DNA of 64,000 bases from an uncultured bacterium. Lineage in GTDB: Bacteria; Actinomycetota; Acidimicrobiia; Spongiisociales; UBA5794. Under the pieces are notes generated by a model that saw nothing but the letters and a program-made list of their open reading frames with translations, did no database searches and had not been told where the DNA came from. Shown here piece by piece: positions 39,578-49,473 of this stretch. How positions within the stretch are numbered: position 1 is the first letter of the stretch; every line of letters starts with the position of its first letter. Made by a program: the position numbers and the translations under genes. The stretch covers positions 544,001 to 608,000 of the forward strand of contig CAWDDT010000006.1 in NCBI GenBank assembly GCA_963801165.1, in the 5' to 3' direction.

Positions 39578-40426
39578 CCGTCCGTCTCGCCGTCCCCAAC
39601 AAGGGACGTCTCCAGCAACCAGCGGCAGCCATGCTCGAACAGGGCGGCTTCTCCTACGAGAAGACCGAGCGGGCACTGGCAGTTCCCGTCCGCAACATGG
39701 ACCTCGAGGTGCTCTTCGTGCGCACCGACGACGTCGCCGAGTTCGTTGCAGACGGTGTCGCCGACCTCGGCATCACCGGCATCGACCTGCTCACCGAGGG
39801 TGGCACAGACCTCGAGATCATCGAGAGACTCGGCTTTGGCCACTGCCGGCTCACCTCCGCCGTCCCCAGGGCATCTGACATCCGGTCGCTCGAGGAGCTG
39901 AACGGAGCCCGCGTGGCGACCTCGCACCCGGTCACCACCAAGCGATTCTTCGCAGGGCGTGGCATCGATATCACCATTGTGCCGCTCAGTGGGTCGGTCG
40001 AGGTCGCCCCGAAGCTCGACATCGCCGACGCCGTCGTCGACCTGGTATCTAGCGGCTCCACCATGCTGATCAACGGCCTCCGCCCCCTCGAGGACATCCT
40101 CGAGTCACAGGCCGTACTCGTAGGTCGGCACGGCGCCGCCACCGCCAACGGGACCATCGGCCAGGTCGTCCTGACGATCCAGTCGGTGGTCGCCGCCCGC
40201 CGCAAGCGCTACGTCATGATGAACGCACCGGAGACGGCGGTTGCAGCCATCGAGGCGCTGATCCCGGGCTTCGAGGCGCCTACCGTCATCCCGCTCGCCC
40301 ACGAGGGCATGGTTGCCGTGCACTCGGTCGTCGACTCGAGCGCGATTGGGCCGGGTCCTCCCCGAGCTCAAGGAAGCGGGTGCCAGCGGCATCCTGGTTC
40401 TCCCCATCGACCAACTCATCGCATGA
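39574..40426 (+). CDS. hisG: ATP phosphoribosyltransferase (long form), +1 frameshift near 40345-40355
   Basis: LAVPNKGRL, DLGITGID, GSVEVAP, DLVSSGSTM; the native C-terminus VLPELKEAGASGILVLPIDQLIA* lies in a shifted frame and ends in an ATGA overlap with hisD. Confidence 0.9.
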
Positions 40427-41727
40427 CCATGGACATACGAACCATCACCCTCGCCGACGTCGATCCCGCCGAGAAACGGGCGTTGCTGCAACGCTCTGCG
40501 GTGCCCGACCCGGAGCTGCGCATCGCGGCAGCGGCCATAGTGAAACGCATCCGGACCGGTGGCGATGAGGCGCTCCGCACCGCCAACGCCGCATACGGAG
40601 GCGGGGCGATCGATGGCACCCTGCGGGTCGACGAGACAACCCTCGCCAGAGCGCTGGTGACCGTTGATCCGGCGGTGCGGATCGCTCTAGAGAAGGCCGC
40701 GACCAACATCCGCACGGCCCACGCCCCGCAGCGACCTGTCGACGGAACCGTGGAGACGGTTCCCGGGGTCCGCATCGACCGACGCTGGACGCCGTTGCGC
40801 CGCATCGGCGTATACGTCCCGGGGGGTCGCGCCGCCTACCCGTCGAGCCTGCTCATGGGCGTCATCCCCGCTCAGGTGGCGGGAGTCCCGGAGATCGCCG
40901 TGACCAGCCCCGCGGATGACAACGGCCAGGTGTCGCAAACGATGCTGGCCGCCGCCCGATTCCTCGGGGTCGACGAGGTATACATCACCGGAGGTGCCCA
41001 GGCGATCGGGGCACTCGCCTACGGCACAGAGACCATCCGCCCGGTCGAGAAGATCGTAGGGCCGGGAAACGCCTGGGTAACGGCCGCCAAGCTCGCCGTG
41101 TACGGCGATGTCGGGGTCGACCTGCCCGCCGGCCCCAGCGAGGCCCTCGTGGTGGCCGACGCCACGGCCGACCCGCGGATCATCGCCGCCGACCTGATGT
41201 GCCAGGCCGAGCATGGTAGGGACTCGCCGGTCGCCCTCGTTACCGACGATGCCGACTTCGCAGCTGCGGTTCTCCAACAGATCGAGGAGCTACTCCCCCG
41301 CCTCGAGCGCAGCGAGATCATCGAGAGCGCACTCGGAGACCATGGGCTCATCGTCATCGTGGACTCCATCGACGAAGCCATCGATTTTGCCAACGAATAT
41401 GCCCCCGAGCACCTCACCGTCCACACGGAGGACTCGGAGAAGGACGCCCTGCGGACCACCGCAGCCGGGTCGGTGTTCGTCGGCCACTGGGCGCCCGAGT
41501 CGGCCGGCGACTACGCCACCGGCGCCAACCACGTGCTCCCCACCGGCGGTCTGGCAGCCGCGTACGGCCCGCTCAGTGTCGAGGATTGCGGCTCGTGGCG
41601 TCAGGTGCAGACCCTGACCGAAGCCGGTCTCGCCGCCCTGCGCCCCACCATCGCCGCCCTGGCCGATGCCGAGGGGCTCACTGCCCACAAGCTCGCCGCC
41701 GAGATTCGATTCGAGGCACCGCGATGA
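40423..41727 (+). CDS. hisD: Histidinol dehydrogenase
   Basis: GVYVPGGRAAYPSS, GGAQAIGALAYG, KIVGPGNAWV, AGPSE, QAEH, APEHL, GDYATGANHVLPT. Confidence 0.96.
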   Translation: MTMDIRTITLADVDPAEKRALLQRSAVPDPELRIAAAAIVKRIRTGGDEALRTANAAYGGGAIDGTLRVDETTLARALVTVDPAVRIALEKAATNIRTAHAPQRPVDGTVETVPGVRIDRRWTPLRRIGVYVPGGRAAYPSSLLMGVIPAQVAGVPEIAVTSPADDNGQVSQTMLAAARFLGVDEVYITGGAQAIGALAYGTETIRPVEKIVGPGNAWVTAAKLAVYGDVGVDLPAGPSEALVVADATADPRIIAADLMCQAEHGRDSPVALVTDDADFAAAVLQQIEELLPRLERSEIIESALGDHGLIVIVDSIDEAIDFANEYAPEHLTVHTEDSEKDALRTTAAGSVFVGHWAPESAGDYATGANHVLPTGGLAAAYGPLSVEDCGSWRQVQTLTEAGLAALRPTIAALADAEGLTAHKLAAEIRFEAPR

Positions 41728-42776
41728 GAGCTCCGAAGTACAAATGGCAGCCGACCACCGCCGAGATCGCCGCCGCCACCGGGCTTCTCCCCGAGGACGT
41801 CGAACGCTTCGACCACAACACCTCCCCGTTCCGCACCGGGTGGGCGGCCGAGGTCGCAGCTACCGCCCTGGCCGATGTCAATGAGTACCCGGGGGCGAGC
41901 TACCGGCCGCTGCGGGAAGCCGCCGCCAAGCTGTGCGGTCTCCAACCCGAGCAGATCGTTCCCGGCGCCGGTGCCGACGAGATGATCCTGCTCAGCGCCC
42001 GCGCCTTCCTCGAGCTCGGTGACACCGCGATAGCGTCCACTCCTACCTACCCGCTGTACGAGATAGCGACCGTCCAGGCAGGGGGGGTGTTCCAGCCGGT
42101 GCCTACCGATCCGCCAAGCTTCAACTACCCGGCAGATGCAGTGATCAGGGCGGCACGGGACGCCGACCTGACATGGATCTGCGCTCCCAGCAACCCCATC
42201 GGCAACGCCGTGGATGATGACGTCGTCGAAGCGGTCATCGCCGCCACAGACGGGCTGGTGGTCATCGATGCCGCTTATGCCGAGTTCGCCGACACCGATT
42301 GGTCGAGCCTGGTCGACCGGCACCACAACGCCGTGGTCCTCCGCACCATGTCGAAGGCGTTCGGCCTTGCCGGCACCCGCGTCGGCTATGCCATGGCTCA
42401 CCCCGACTTGATCACTGAAATCGATGGCATCCGGCCGCCCGGCAGCATCTCGTCGATCTCTGCTGCGATCGCGATTGCAGCGCTGCAGCGGCCGGATGCA
42501 ATGGAGAACACGGTGCGGCAGATCCAGGCGTTGCGGACCGAGCTCAGCGACTCGCTCGCCGGTCTCGGGTTCCGGGTGCTGCCGTCTCAGACCAACTTCG
42601 TGCTGTGCGAGGTGGGGCGCAACGCCCACGAGTTGGCCGGGCAGCTCATGGGCGAGGGGCTGGTAGTCCGCAAATTTCCTGCCGATGGCCCGCTCGCCGG
42701 GTACCTGCGGTTCACCGTCCGCTCTGCCGCCGCCCAGACCCGTTTGATCACGACCATGGAGAGGTACCTGCCATGA
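41724..42776 (+). CDS. hisC: Histidinol-phosphate aminotransferase
   Basis: GADE, PSNPIG, VIDAAYAEF, LRTMSKAFGLAGTRVGY. Confidence 0.93.
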   Translation: MRAPKYKWQPTTAEIAAATGLLPEDVERFDHNTSPFRTGWAAEVAATALADVNEYPGASYRPLREAAAKLCGLQPEQIVPGAGADEMILLSARAFLELGDTAIASTPTYPLYEIATVQAGGVFQPVPTDPPSFNYPADAVIRAARDADLTWICAPSNPIGNAVDDDVVEAVIAATDGLVVIDAAYAEFADTDWSSLVDRHHNAVVLRTMSKAFGLAGTRVGYAMAHPDLITEIDGIRPPGSISSISAAIAIAALQRPDAMENTVRQIQALRTELSDSLAGLGFRVLPSQTNFVLCEVGRNAHELAGQLMGEGLVVRKFPADGPLAGYLRFTVRSAAAQTRLITTMERYLP

Positions 42777-43357
42777 CCAGAACCGCGTCTCTCGAACGCA
42801 AGACCCGCGAGACCGACGTCCGTGTCACCATCGACCTCGACGGGACCGGGGAGGTCTCGGTGCGCACGGGTGTCGGTTTCTACGACCACATGCTCACGGC
42901 CTTCGGCTGCCACGGCCTGTTCGACCTCTCCGTCGAGACCGAGGGTGATCTCGAGGTAGACGAGCACCACACCGTCGAGGACACCGCACTCGTCCTCGGA
43001 TCGGCGATCGCCGAGGCACTGGGTGACCGGACCGGTATCCGCCGCTACGGGTCGGCCACGATCCCCATGGACGAGGCGGTTGCCACCGCGGTCGTCGACA
43101 TCGGGGGCAGACCCTATGCGGTTGTCGATCTGCCGTTCGCCACCGAGCGAATGGGGACGCTGGGTACGCAGATGGTTCCCCACGCCCTCGAGGCGTTTGC
43201 CAGGACATCGGGGTGCACGCTCCACGTCACTGCAACGGGCAACAACGACCACCACATCGCAGAAGCCGCCTTCAAGGCGCTCGCCTATGCCGTTCGAGCC
43301 GCGGTCGAGATCGACCCGCGCCGCCGCGGTCTCGCCTCGACCAAGGGATCGACGTGA
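42773..43357 (+). CDS. hisB: Imidazoleglycerol-phosphate dehydratase
   Basis: RKTRETDV, FYDHML, DEHHTVED, PMDEA, NDHHIAEAAFKA. Confidence 0.96.
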   Translation: MTRTASLERKTRETDVRVTIDLDGTGEVSVRTGVGFYDHMLTAFGCHGLFDLSVETEGDLEVDEHHTVEDTALVLGSAIAEALGDRTGIRRYGSATIPMDEAVATAVVDIGGRPYAVVDLPFATERMGTLGTQMVPHALEAFARTSGCTLHVTATGNNDHHIAEAAFKALAYAVRAAVEIDPRRRGLASTKGST

Positions 43358-43968
43358 CCCGGGTGGTGGTGATCGACCACGGTGCGGGCAACCTGGTGTC
43401 GATCGCCCAGGGGCTGAGCCGGGCGGGGGCAGAAGTCGATGTCGTAGACAACCCCAATGACATCGGAGACGCCGCCGGGATCGTGCTCCCCGGCGTCGGC
43501 ACCACCGGAGCTGCCATGGGCCGCTTGCTGGCGGCTGACCTCGTCAAGCCACTTCGGGAGTGGGGCAGACCGCTGCTCGGCATCTGTGTCGGGCTGCAGT
43601 TGTTCTTCGACCACTCCGAAGAGGACGGTACCGATGCGCTCGGCCTCATTCCGGGCCGGGTCAAGCTGCTAGAGGGGGCACCGCTGCTGCCCCACATCGG
43701 ATGGAACGACGTCTCGTTTGTCGACGACCCACTCTTCGCCGGGGTCGCTCCTGGATCGACGTTCTACTTCGTCCACTCCTTCGCCGGCGTACCCGACGAC
43801 GAGGGTGTCGTGATCGCCCGTACCGAGTACGGCAAGCCGTTCGTTGCCGCCGCCCGCACCGGGAACCGGGTCGGAGTGCAGTTCCACCCCGAGCGGTCGG
43901 GCGCCGCCGGGCTGCGGATGCTGGCCAACTTCGTCGCCGAGTGCGGGGAGGCACGACGTGCTGCGTAG
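43354..43968 (+). CDS. hisH: IGP synthase glutaminase subunit
   Basis: [31 protein letters not shown]. Confidence 0.96.
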   Translation: MTRVVVIDHGAGNLVSIAQGLSRAGAEVDVVDNPNDIGDAAGIVLPGVGTTGAAMGRLLAADLVKPLREWGRPLLGICVGLQLFFDHSEEDGTDALGLIPGRVKLLEGAPLLPHIGWNDVSFVDDPLFAGVAPGSTFYFVHSFAGVPDDEGVVIARTEYGKPFVAAARTGNRVGVQFHPERSGAAGLRMLANFVAECGEARRAA

Positions 43969-44722
43969 ACGGGTGATCCCGTGTCTCGATGTGACCAACG
44001 GCCGCGTGGTCAAAGGCGTCAACTTCGTGAACCTGACCGACGAAGGCGACCCGGTCGAACTGGCCGAGCGCTACGTCCGGGAGGGCGCCGACGAGATCTG
44101 CTTTCTCGACATCACCGCGTCGAGCGATAACAGGGACACGATGCTCGACGTGGTTCGTCGCACTGCCGAGCACGTCTTCGTCCCGCTCACCGTCGGTGGC
44201 GGGGTCAGGAGCGCGGCCGACATGAGAGCCGCGTTGCGGGCCGGGGCGGACAAGGTCTCCGTAAACACAGCAGCGGTGCTCGATCCGGATCTCATCAACC
44301 AGTGTGCCGCCGCGTTCGGCTCGCAATGCGTCGTACTCGCCGTCGACGCCAAGCAGGTCGGTGAGGGCGCATGGGAGGTGTACATCCATGGTGGGCGCAC
44401 CCCGACCGGCAAGGACGCCGTCGCCTGGATCATTGATGCGGTCGCCCGCGGCGCGGGTGAGGTACTGCTCACATCGATGGACCGCGACGGGACGAAGGAC
44501 GGGTACGACCTCGAGCTACTCGAGGCCGTGCGGGCCGCGGTCTCGGTGCCCGTCATCGCCTCGGGTGGCGCAGGGACGATCGACCACTGTGTCGCCGCCC
44601 TCCAGCCGGGCCGCGCCGATGCGGTGCTGGCGGCGTCGATCTTCCATCGCAAGGAGATCGAGATCGAGGACCTCAAGGAGGGCCTGGCTGCGGCGGGGAT
44701 CCCGGCGAGGACCAAACGATGA
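43958..44722 (+). CDS. hisF: IGP synthase cyclase subunit
   Basis: [54 protein letters not shown]. Confidence 0.97.
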   Translation: MLRRRVIPCLDVTNGRVVKGVNFVNLTDEGDPVELAERYVREGADEICFLDITASSDNRDTMLDVVRRTAEHVFVPLTVGGGVRSAADMRAALRAGADKVSVNTAAVLDPDLINQCAAAFGSQCVVLAVDAKQVGEGAWEVYIHGGRTPTGKDAVAWIIDAVARGAGEVLLTSMDRDGTKDGYDLELLEAVRAAVSVPVIASGGAGTIDHCVAALQPGRADAVLAASIFHRKEIEIEDLKEGLAAAGIPARTKR

Positions 44723-45345
44723 GGCCGCTCCGCTCCCCAAGCCCTCTGCACTTCGACAGAGACGGTCTCATCGTCGGGGTGGTGCAGGATGCCAGCACGG
44801 GTGCGGTGCTCATGGTCGGCTACCTCAATGAGGAAAGCCTCCGGCTCACCAAAGAGACGGGGAGGGTCTGGTTTTGGAGCCGTTCCCGTAGCGAGCTGTG
44901 GGAGAAGGGAGCCACAAGCGGCAACTATCTGAACATGGTCTCGATCCACGAGGACTGTGACGGGGATGCCCTTCTCATCGAGGCAATCCCCGCAGGCCCC
45001 ACCTGTCACACCGGAGCTACGAGCTGCTTCAGCGCCGGGCCGCCCGGCCAGGGCTTCGTGCAGCTCGAAAAACTGTGGGCGACCATCACAGATCGTATCG
45101 CCAATCCGACCCCGGAGTCCTACACCGCCCGGTTGGCCGAGGCCGGCACCGACCTCACCGGCAGAAAGCTGGTCGAGGAAGCCACCGAGACGTTGATCGC
45201 CGCCAAGAACCACGCCAGCGGCGACACTGAGGTACGGGTGATCGAGGAGGCAGCCGACGTCGTCTATCACCTACTGGCGCTGCTGGCGGAACGGAATATC
45301 CCCGCATCGGCCGTGGTTGCCGAGTTGGCAAGCCGAGCCAAGTAG
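44719..45345 (+). CDS. hisIE: Bifunctional PR-AMP cyclohydrolase / PR-ATP pyrophosphatase
   Basis: SRSR.ELW.KGATSGN, DCDGD, CHTG..SCF; [23 protein letters not shown]. Confidence 0.95.
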   Translation: MRPLRSPSPLHFDRDGLIVGVVQDASTGAVLMVGYLNEESLRLTKETGRVWFWSRSRSELWEKGATSGNYLNMVSIHEDCDGDALLIEAIPAGPTCHTGATSCFSAGPPGQGFVQLEKLWATITDRIANPTPESYTARLAEAGTDLTGRKLVEEATETLIAAKNHASGDTEVRVIEEAADVVYHLLALLAERNIPASAVVAELASRAK

Positions 45346-45367
45346 CCGGGACGATCCTCACATCACC

Positions 45368-45850
45368 ATGCGCCGCATCATCCCCATCGCCGCCGTGATG
45401 CTGCTCGCCGCCGCTTGCAGCAGCCAGCACACTGACCCGGCCGACATCCCCGATCTCCCCGCAGTCACGACCGAAGAGCTGCAGCAGGTCCTCTCCGACT
45501 CGACACAGCCGACGGTGGTCAACGTGTGGGCGTCGTGGTGTATCCCCTGCCGATCCGAGGCGCCACTGCTCGAACAGGCGGCACGCACTGCCACGGACGT
45601 CCGTTTCATCGGGCTCAACGTCCAGGACGACCAGGACGGTGCCAGGGGTTTCATCGCACAGTTCTTCCCCGATGCAGCTATCGATCACCTCTTCGACCCG
45701 GCGGGTGAGATCCCCGTGAGCCTTGGTGGTACCCGCGGCGTCCCGATGACGTTCTTCTACGCACCGGGCGGTCAGCTGGTCGACTTGCATGCCGGCGTAA
45801 TCGACGAGCGCACCCTCGCCCTCCAGATCGACGAGATCCGCTCTCGCTGA
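45368..45850 (+). CDS. TlpA-family thiol-disulfide oxidoreductase lipoprotein
   Basis: AAAC lipobox, VNVWASWCIPCRSEAP, GVPMTFF. Confidence 0.92.
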   Translation: MRRIIPIAAVMLLAAACSSQHTDPADIPDLPAVTTEELQQVLSDSTQPTVVNVWASWCIPCRSEAPLLEQAARTATDVRFIGLNVQDDQDGARGFIAQFFPDAAIDHLFDPAGEIPVSLGGTRGVPMTFFYAPGGQLVDLHAGVIDERTLALQIDEIRSR

Positions 45851-46554
45851 TGGAGTTCACCCTGCTCGCCGCAGTGCTCATCGGGGTTCTCCCCGTCTAC
45901 CTCGTGCTCCGCTGGGATGGGCATCGCTGCGGCACCGGTGTCCGTGATCTCTGGGACATTGCGTTGAGTGCTGCGGTGATCGGGCTGTTCGTGGGGAGAT
46001 TGGCGGCGATGATCTCGGCAGGCGTCAGCCCGATCGCTCACCCCGCCGACATACTCATAGTGCGCGGTGGGGTCGCCACTGGCCCGGCCACCACTGCCGC
46101 CCTGGCGGCGGTCGTCTGGATGGGAAGACGGGACCTGTGGTCGGTGCTCGACGGTCTCGCCCCGGCCGCCGTCGCCGGGCTGGGAGGCTGGCATGCGGGA
46201 TGCCTCGCCCGCGGCGCCTGCCTGGGCACACCGAGCGATCTGCCCTGGGCCGTCGCCCAGGGTGGAAGCGCCATCACCAGACATCCCGTGGAGATCTATG
46301 CCGCGCTGGCTCTGATCGCGGCCGCCGTGACGCTCGTGCTGGTGCGCCCACGTCTCGAGGCTCGACCGGGATCTGCCACAGGTATCGCGCTGTTCGTCGC
46401 CGCCGCCGTCCGGCTGGCCACCGAGCCGATGCGGCCGGCGCTCGGCTCCGGACCGGTGGGCTGGTATTCGGTGGGTGTGCTCGCCGGGGCGAGTCTGGTC
46501 CTGTGGGCGCTCCGACCTGGCCGCAAGCCGGCGCCTGATCCGGACACGGGATAG
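45850..46554 (+). CDS. Short Lgt-like (prolipoprotein diacylglyceryl transferase family) membrane protein
   Basis: GLFVGRL, GCLARGACLG...LPWA, RHPVEIY, RLATE..R. Confidence 0.75.
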   Translation: MEFTLLAAVLIGVLPVYLVLRWDGHRCGTGVRDLWDIALSAAVIGLFVGRLAAMISAGVSPIAHPADILIVRGGVATGPATTAALAAVVWMGRRDLWSVLDGLAPAAVAGLGGWHAGCLARGACLGTPSDLPWAVAQGGSAITRHPVEIYAALALIAAAVTLVLVRPRLEARPGSATGIALFVAAAVRLATEPMRPALGSGPVGWYSVGVLAGASLVLWALRPGRKPAPDPDTG

Positions 46555-46644
46555 CTCGGCGGACCAAACCTCGGGCCGGTATCTTCTACGAGGTCGCATC
46601 GTGCGACAACGGCTCAGCAGGAGCCGCGACCAAAGGAGCTGCCG

Positions 46645-47424
46645 TTGTCCGATCATCTCACTGTTCGCATCCCGAAACGCACCTTGCAGGCAGGACTCAT
46701 CATCGCGATCGTCGTTGCGGTCATGGCACCAATCGCGGCTCACGCCATGGGTGGAAAGTTCACCGATGACGACACGTCGATCTTCGAATCCAATATCGAA
46801 TGGCTCGCCGGCGCCGGCGTGACCTTGGGCTGCAACCCGCCCACCAACGACCAATTCTGCCCGAACGACAACGTGAGCCGCGGCCAGATGGCGGCGTTCA
46901 TGCAGCGCTTCGCGCAATATCTCGGCGCCGAGGACGGCCAGGTCTCGAAGGCCGACGACGCCGAGACGCTCGATGGGCTCGCCCCGAGTGCATTCCTGCG
47001 CAACGACGTCATTGAGATCGCACAGGCGAGCGGATGGGTACCGAACGCAGGAACCGGCACCAGCGTAGAGTACAACGTCACTGCGGATGTACTCGGTGGC
47101 GGCGGAAACCAACTCGGGCTGATCACGCCGACCACCGTAGGGATCGACACGTACTATCTCGATAGTGTCGAGGTCTGCTACGGCGGAGCGTTCTCAGGCG
47201 GAACGATCACAGCGTCACGGGTGTACAGGTCAACGCCCTCCGGCAGCAGTGGTGCCATCGTGGACGACAACACGTCCCGGACAACGGTCTTCCCCGCAAC
47301 CGAGTGCTACCAGCTCAGTGTCGCAGATTCAACCGCGCCTTCCGGCTCCACGTACCACCTCTTCCTCAACGTCACCGGGGATGTCAACGTCGCGAGTGTC
47401 ACGAGCAGCTACCGAACACATTGA
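46645..47424 (+). CDS. Secreted SLH-domain protein 1
   Basis: TTG start after AAGGAG; signal peptide; FTDDDTSIFESNIEWLAGAGVTLGCNPP..FCP..NVSRGQMAAFM; DAETLDG linker; unique C-terminus. Confidence 0.85.
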   Translation: MSDHLTVRIPKRTLQAGLIIAIVVAVMAPIAAHAMGGKFTDDDTSIFESNIEWLAGAGVTLGCNPPTNDQFCPNDNVSRGQMAAFMQRFAQYLGAEDGQVSKADDAETLDGLAPSAFLRNDVIEIAQASGWVPNAGTGTSVEYNVTADVLGGGGNQLGLITPTTVGIDTYYLDSVEVCYGGAFSGGTITASRVYRSTPSGSSGAIVDDNTSRTTVFPATECYQLSVADSTAPSGSTYHLFLNVTGDVNVASVTSSYRTH

Positions 47425-47632
47425 TGATCGGATGCAGCTGCCAACCCCACCGTTCCCAGAGAAGCGCTCGAGAATCCACTTCCTAGGCCCGGGATACTTC
47501 GGGTAGGTTCGGATACTGCCGGACATCAGAGGGCAGGAATCAAGGTTCGAGCTGGTAGGCCTGGTGGGGTGTATCAGGACGTGCTGAACGCGCTCTCGTA
47601 AACGTCCGCCTGATATGGGAAGGAGACCCATC

Positions 47633-48289
47633 TTGGAACTGAACGCACGTACCGGACGCCGTTGGACCAGACTTGCTCTGGCCTTCGCCGTCCTTCTAGC
47701 CGTTTCGGCACCGGTCGCAGTATTCGCTGCAGGAGGCCATTTCACCGACGACGACACCTCGGTGTTCGAATCTCACATCAATTGGATGGCAGACGCCGGC
47801 ATCACGCTCGGCTGTAACCCTCCCGGTAATGATCATTACTGCCCTGACGACAACGTGACGCGCGGTGAGATGGCGGCGTTCATGCACCGGTTTTCTCAGT
47901 ATCTCGACGCCGAGGACGGCACCCCCGCCCAGGCCGACAACGCCGACACACTCGACGGCCTCGACTCGACCGATCTGCAGCCGATGTGGGCGTTGGTCAA
48001 GGGCTCCGACGGCTCGATCATCGCTCAATCGGGCGGCATCTCGGCGACCCGCGGCTACACGGGTGGTCAGTATGTCGACTTCGGCGCAGACGTAAGCGGC
48101 CACGGGCTCGTGGCAACGATGCAGTGGGGGCACTCCGGCTTCATCTCGACCGCCATTTGTGGTGGCAACACGGACGAGACCGTCAACTGCGTAGTCGGGG
48201 ACAACACCACCGACTGGGTGTTCGTACAAACGCTCGACGAGGCAGGATCAGGAGTCGACGCCGACTACTACATCACCGTGCTCCCGTAG
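47633..48289 (+). CDS. Secreted SLH-domain protein 2
   Basis: TTG start after AAGGAG (ATG 47615 is an alternative); same N-terminal module; NADTLDGLDS linker; unique C-terminus. Confidence 0.85.
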   Translation: MELNARTGRRWTRLALAFAVLLAVSAPVAVFAAGGHFTDDDTSVFESHINWMADAGITLGCNPPGNDHYCPDDNVTRGEMAAFMHRFSQYLDAEDGTPAQADNADTLDGLDSTDLQPMWALVKGSDGSIIAQSGGISATRGYTGGQYVDFGADVSGHGLVATMQWGHSGFISTAICGGNTDETVNCVVGDNTTDWVFVQTLDEAGSGVDADYYITVLP

Positions 48290-48332
48290 CATCGACTCTC
48301 TGAGTCAACCGACTTCGGCCGATTCAGCCTGA

Positions 48333-48361
48333 GAGGGCGCCGGGCATATCCCGGCGCCCTC
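48333..48361. terminator. GC-rich hairpin after SLH protein 2
   Basis: GAGGGCGCCGGG-catat-CCCGGCGCCCTC. Confidence 0.7.
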
Positions 48362-48573
48362 GTCGCGTCCGCGTAGCACGCGACGAATTCCGCGCGTGCT
48401 TCTCATCAGCGAAGCGCAAACATGACCCTTGCAGCTGCAGATTCGTGTAGGTTCTGAGGAGCTGGATACGAAGGGCGGGGCCTGAGTTCGGCTGGTAGTC
48501 CCGATGGGTGTATCAGCGCGTCAGTTCGCGCTCTCATCACGTGTATCCGCGCGACATGGGAAGGAGACCCATC

Positions 48574-49419
48574 TTGGACACGCACGCTCGCAAAGGGCTT
48601 CGTTGGACCAGACTGTTGTTGGCCCTCGCCGTCCTCTTCGCCGTTTCGGCGCCAATAGCGGTTTTCGCAGCAGGAGGCCACTTCACCGACGACGACACTT
48701 CTGCATTCGAATCGCACATCAACTGGATGGCGGACGCCGGCATCACGCTCGGCTGCAACCCTCCTGCCAACGACCTTTACTGCCCTGACGACAACGTGAC
48801 CCGTGGCCAGATGGCGGCCTTCATGCACCGGTTCGCGCAGTACCTGGACGCCGAAGATGGCACACCAGCCGAGGCCGACCATGCCGCCGACGCCGACACG
48901 CTTGACGGTGAGTCTGCCACCTACTACACCAATCCCGCCTGGGGCGTGGCCTGCGACGCAGGATCCTGCTCCGATCTGGCCATGAATACGCCCCTCCAGA
49001 TGCTGGAGATTCCCGTGACGGCACCGATGGATGGGTACGTAACCGTGGCATCCAACTACTCGGGGACTTCTGCGTCGGCCACTGCGGCGTATTTCCAGAT
49101 CTGGGCCGAGGTGGACACCAGCCCCGGCTGCACCAGCTGGTTCCTTGTACCCGGCGAATCGGTACCCGGCACTTGGGGCGTCGGGAGCATTGCCGCCGAT
49201 ATCGATTTCGGCAACCTGGCGACAACCGTGGTGACCGCGGTTGGTGCGGGCGATCACACACTGCGCCTTTGTGCGATCGCTACCCAGGCGGTCACCTCAT
49301 ACCAGGGTTCGCTTGCCATTACCTTCAGCGCCGGCGGATCAGCTACGCCCGCTGCATCTCTTGATGCCGCGGACTACTCGTACCTGGAGGATGCCTTCGC
49401 TGTGGAATCGAGCAACTAG
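48574..49419 (+). CDS. Secreted SLH-domain protein 3
   Basis: TTG start after AAGGAG (ATG 48556 is an alternative); same N-terminal module; DADTLDG linker; unique Cys-containing C-terminus. Confidence 0.85.
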   Translation: MDTHARKGLRWTRLLLALAVLFAVSAPIAVFAAGGHFTDDDTSAFESHINWMADAGITLGCNPPANDLYCPDDNVTRGQMAAFMHRFAQYLDAEDGTPAEADHAADADTLDGESATYYTNPAWGVACDAGSCSDLAMNTPLQMLEIPVTAPMDGYVTVASNYSGTSASATAAYFQIWAEVDTSPGCTSWFLVPGESVPGTWGVGSIAADIDFGNLATTVVTAVGAGDHTLRLCAIATQAVTSYQGSLAITFSAGGSATPAASLDAADYSYLEDAFAVESSN

Positions 49420-49447
49420 CTCAACCGGCCCGTGCTTGTAGTGAATG

Positions 49448-49473
49448 GTTGAGGGGCCGCCAGGCCCCTCAAC
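49448..49473. terminator. Hairpin between convergent genes
   Basis: GTTGAGGGGCC-gcca-GGCCCCTCAAC. Confidence 0.7.

Noticed and set aside
39574-41727. 717-aa HisG-HisD natural fusion (ORF track)
   Set aside because: The native HisG C-terminus and its ATGA-coupled stop are present in a shifted frame; the linker is out-of-frame sequence, so a single-base indel explains it
46645-49419. Diversity-generating retroelement targets
   Set aside because: No reverse transcriptase and no template/variable repeat pair differing at adenines was seen; the variation is whole-domain replacement
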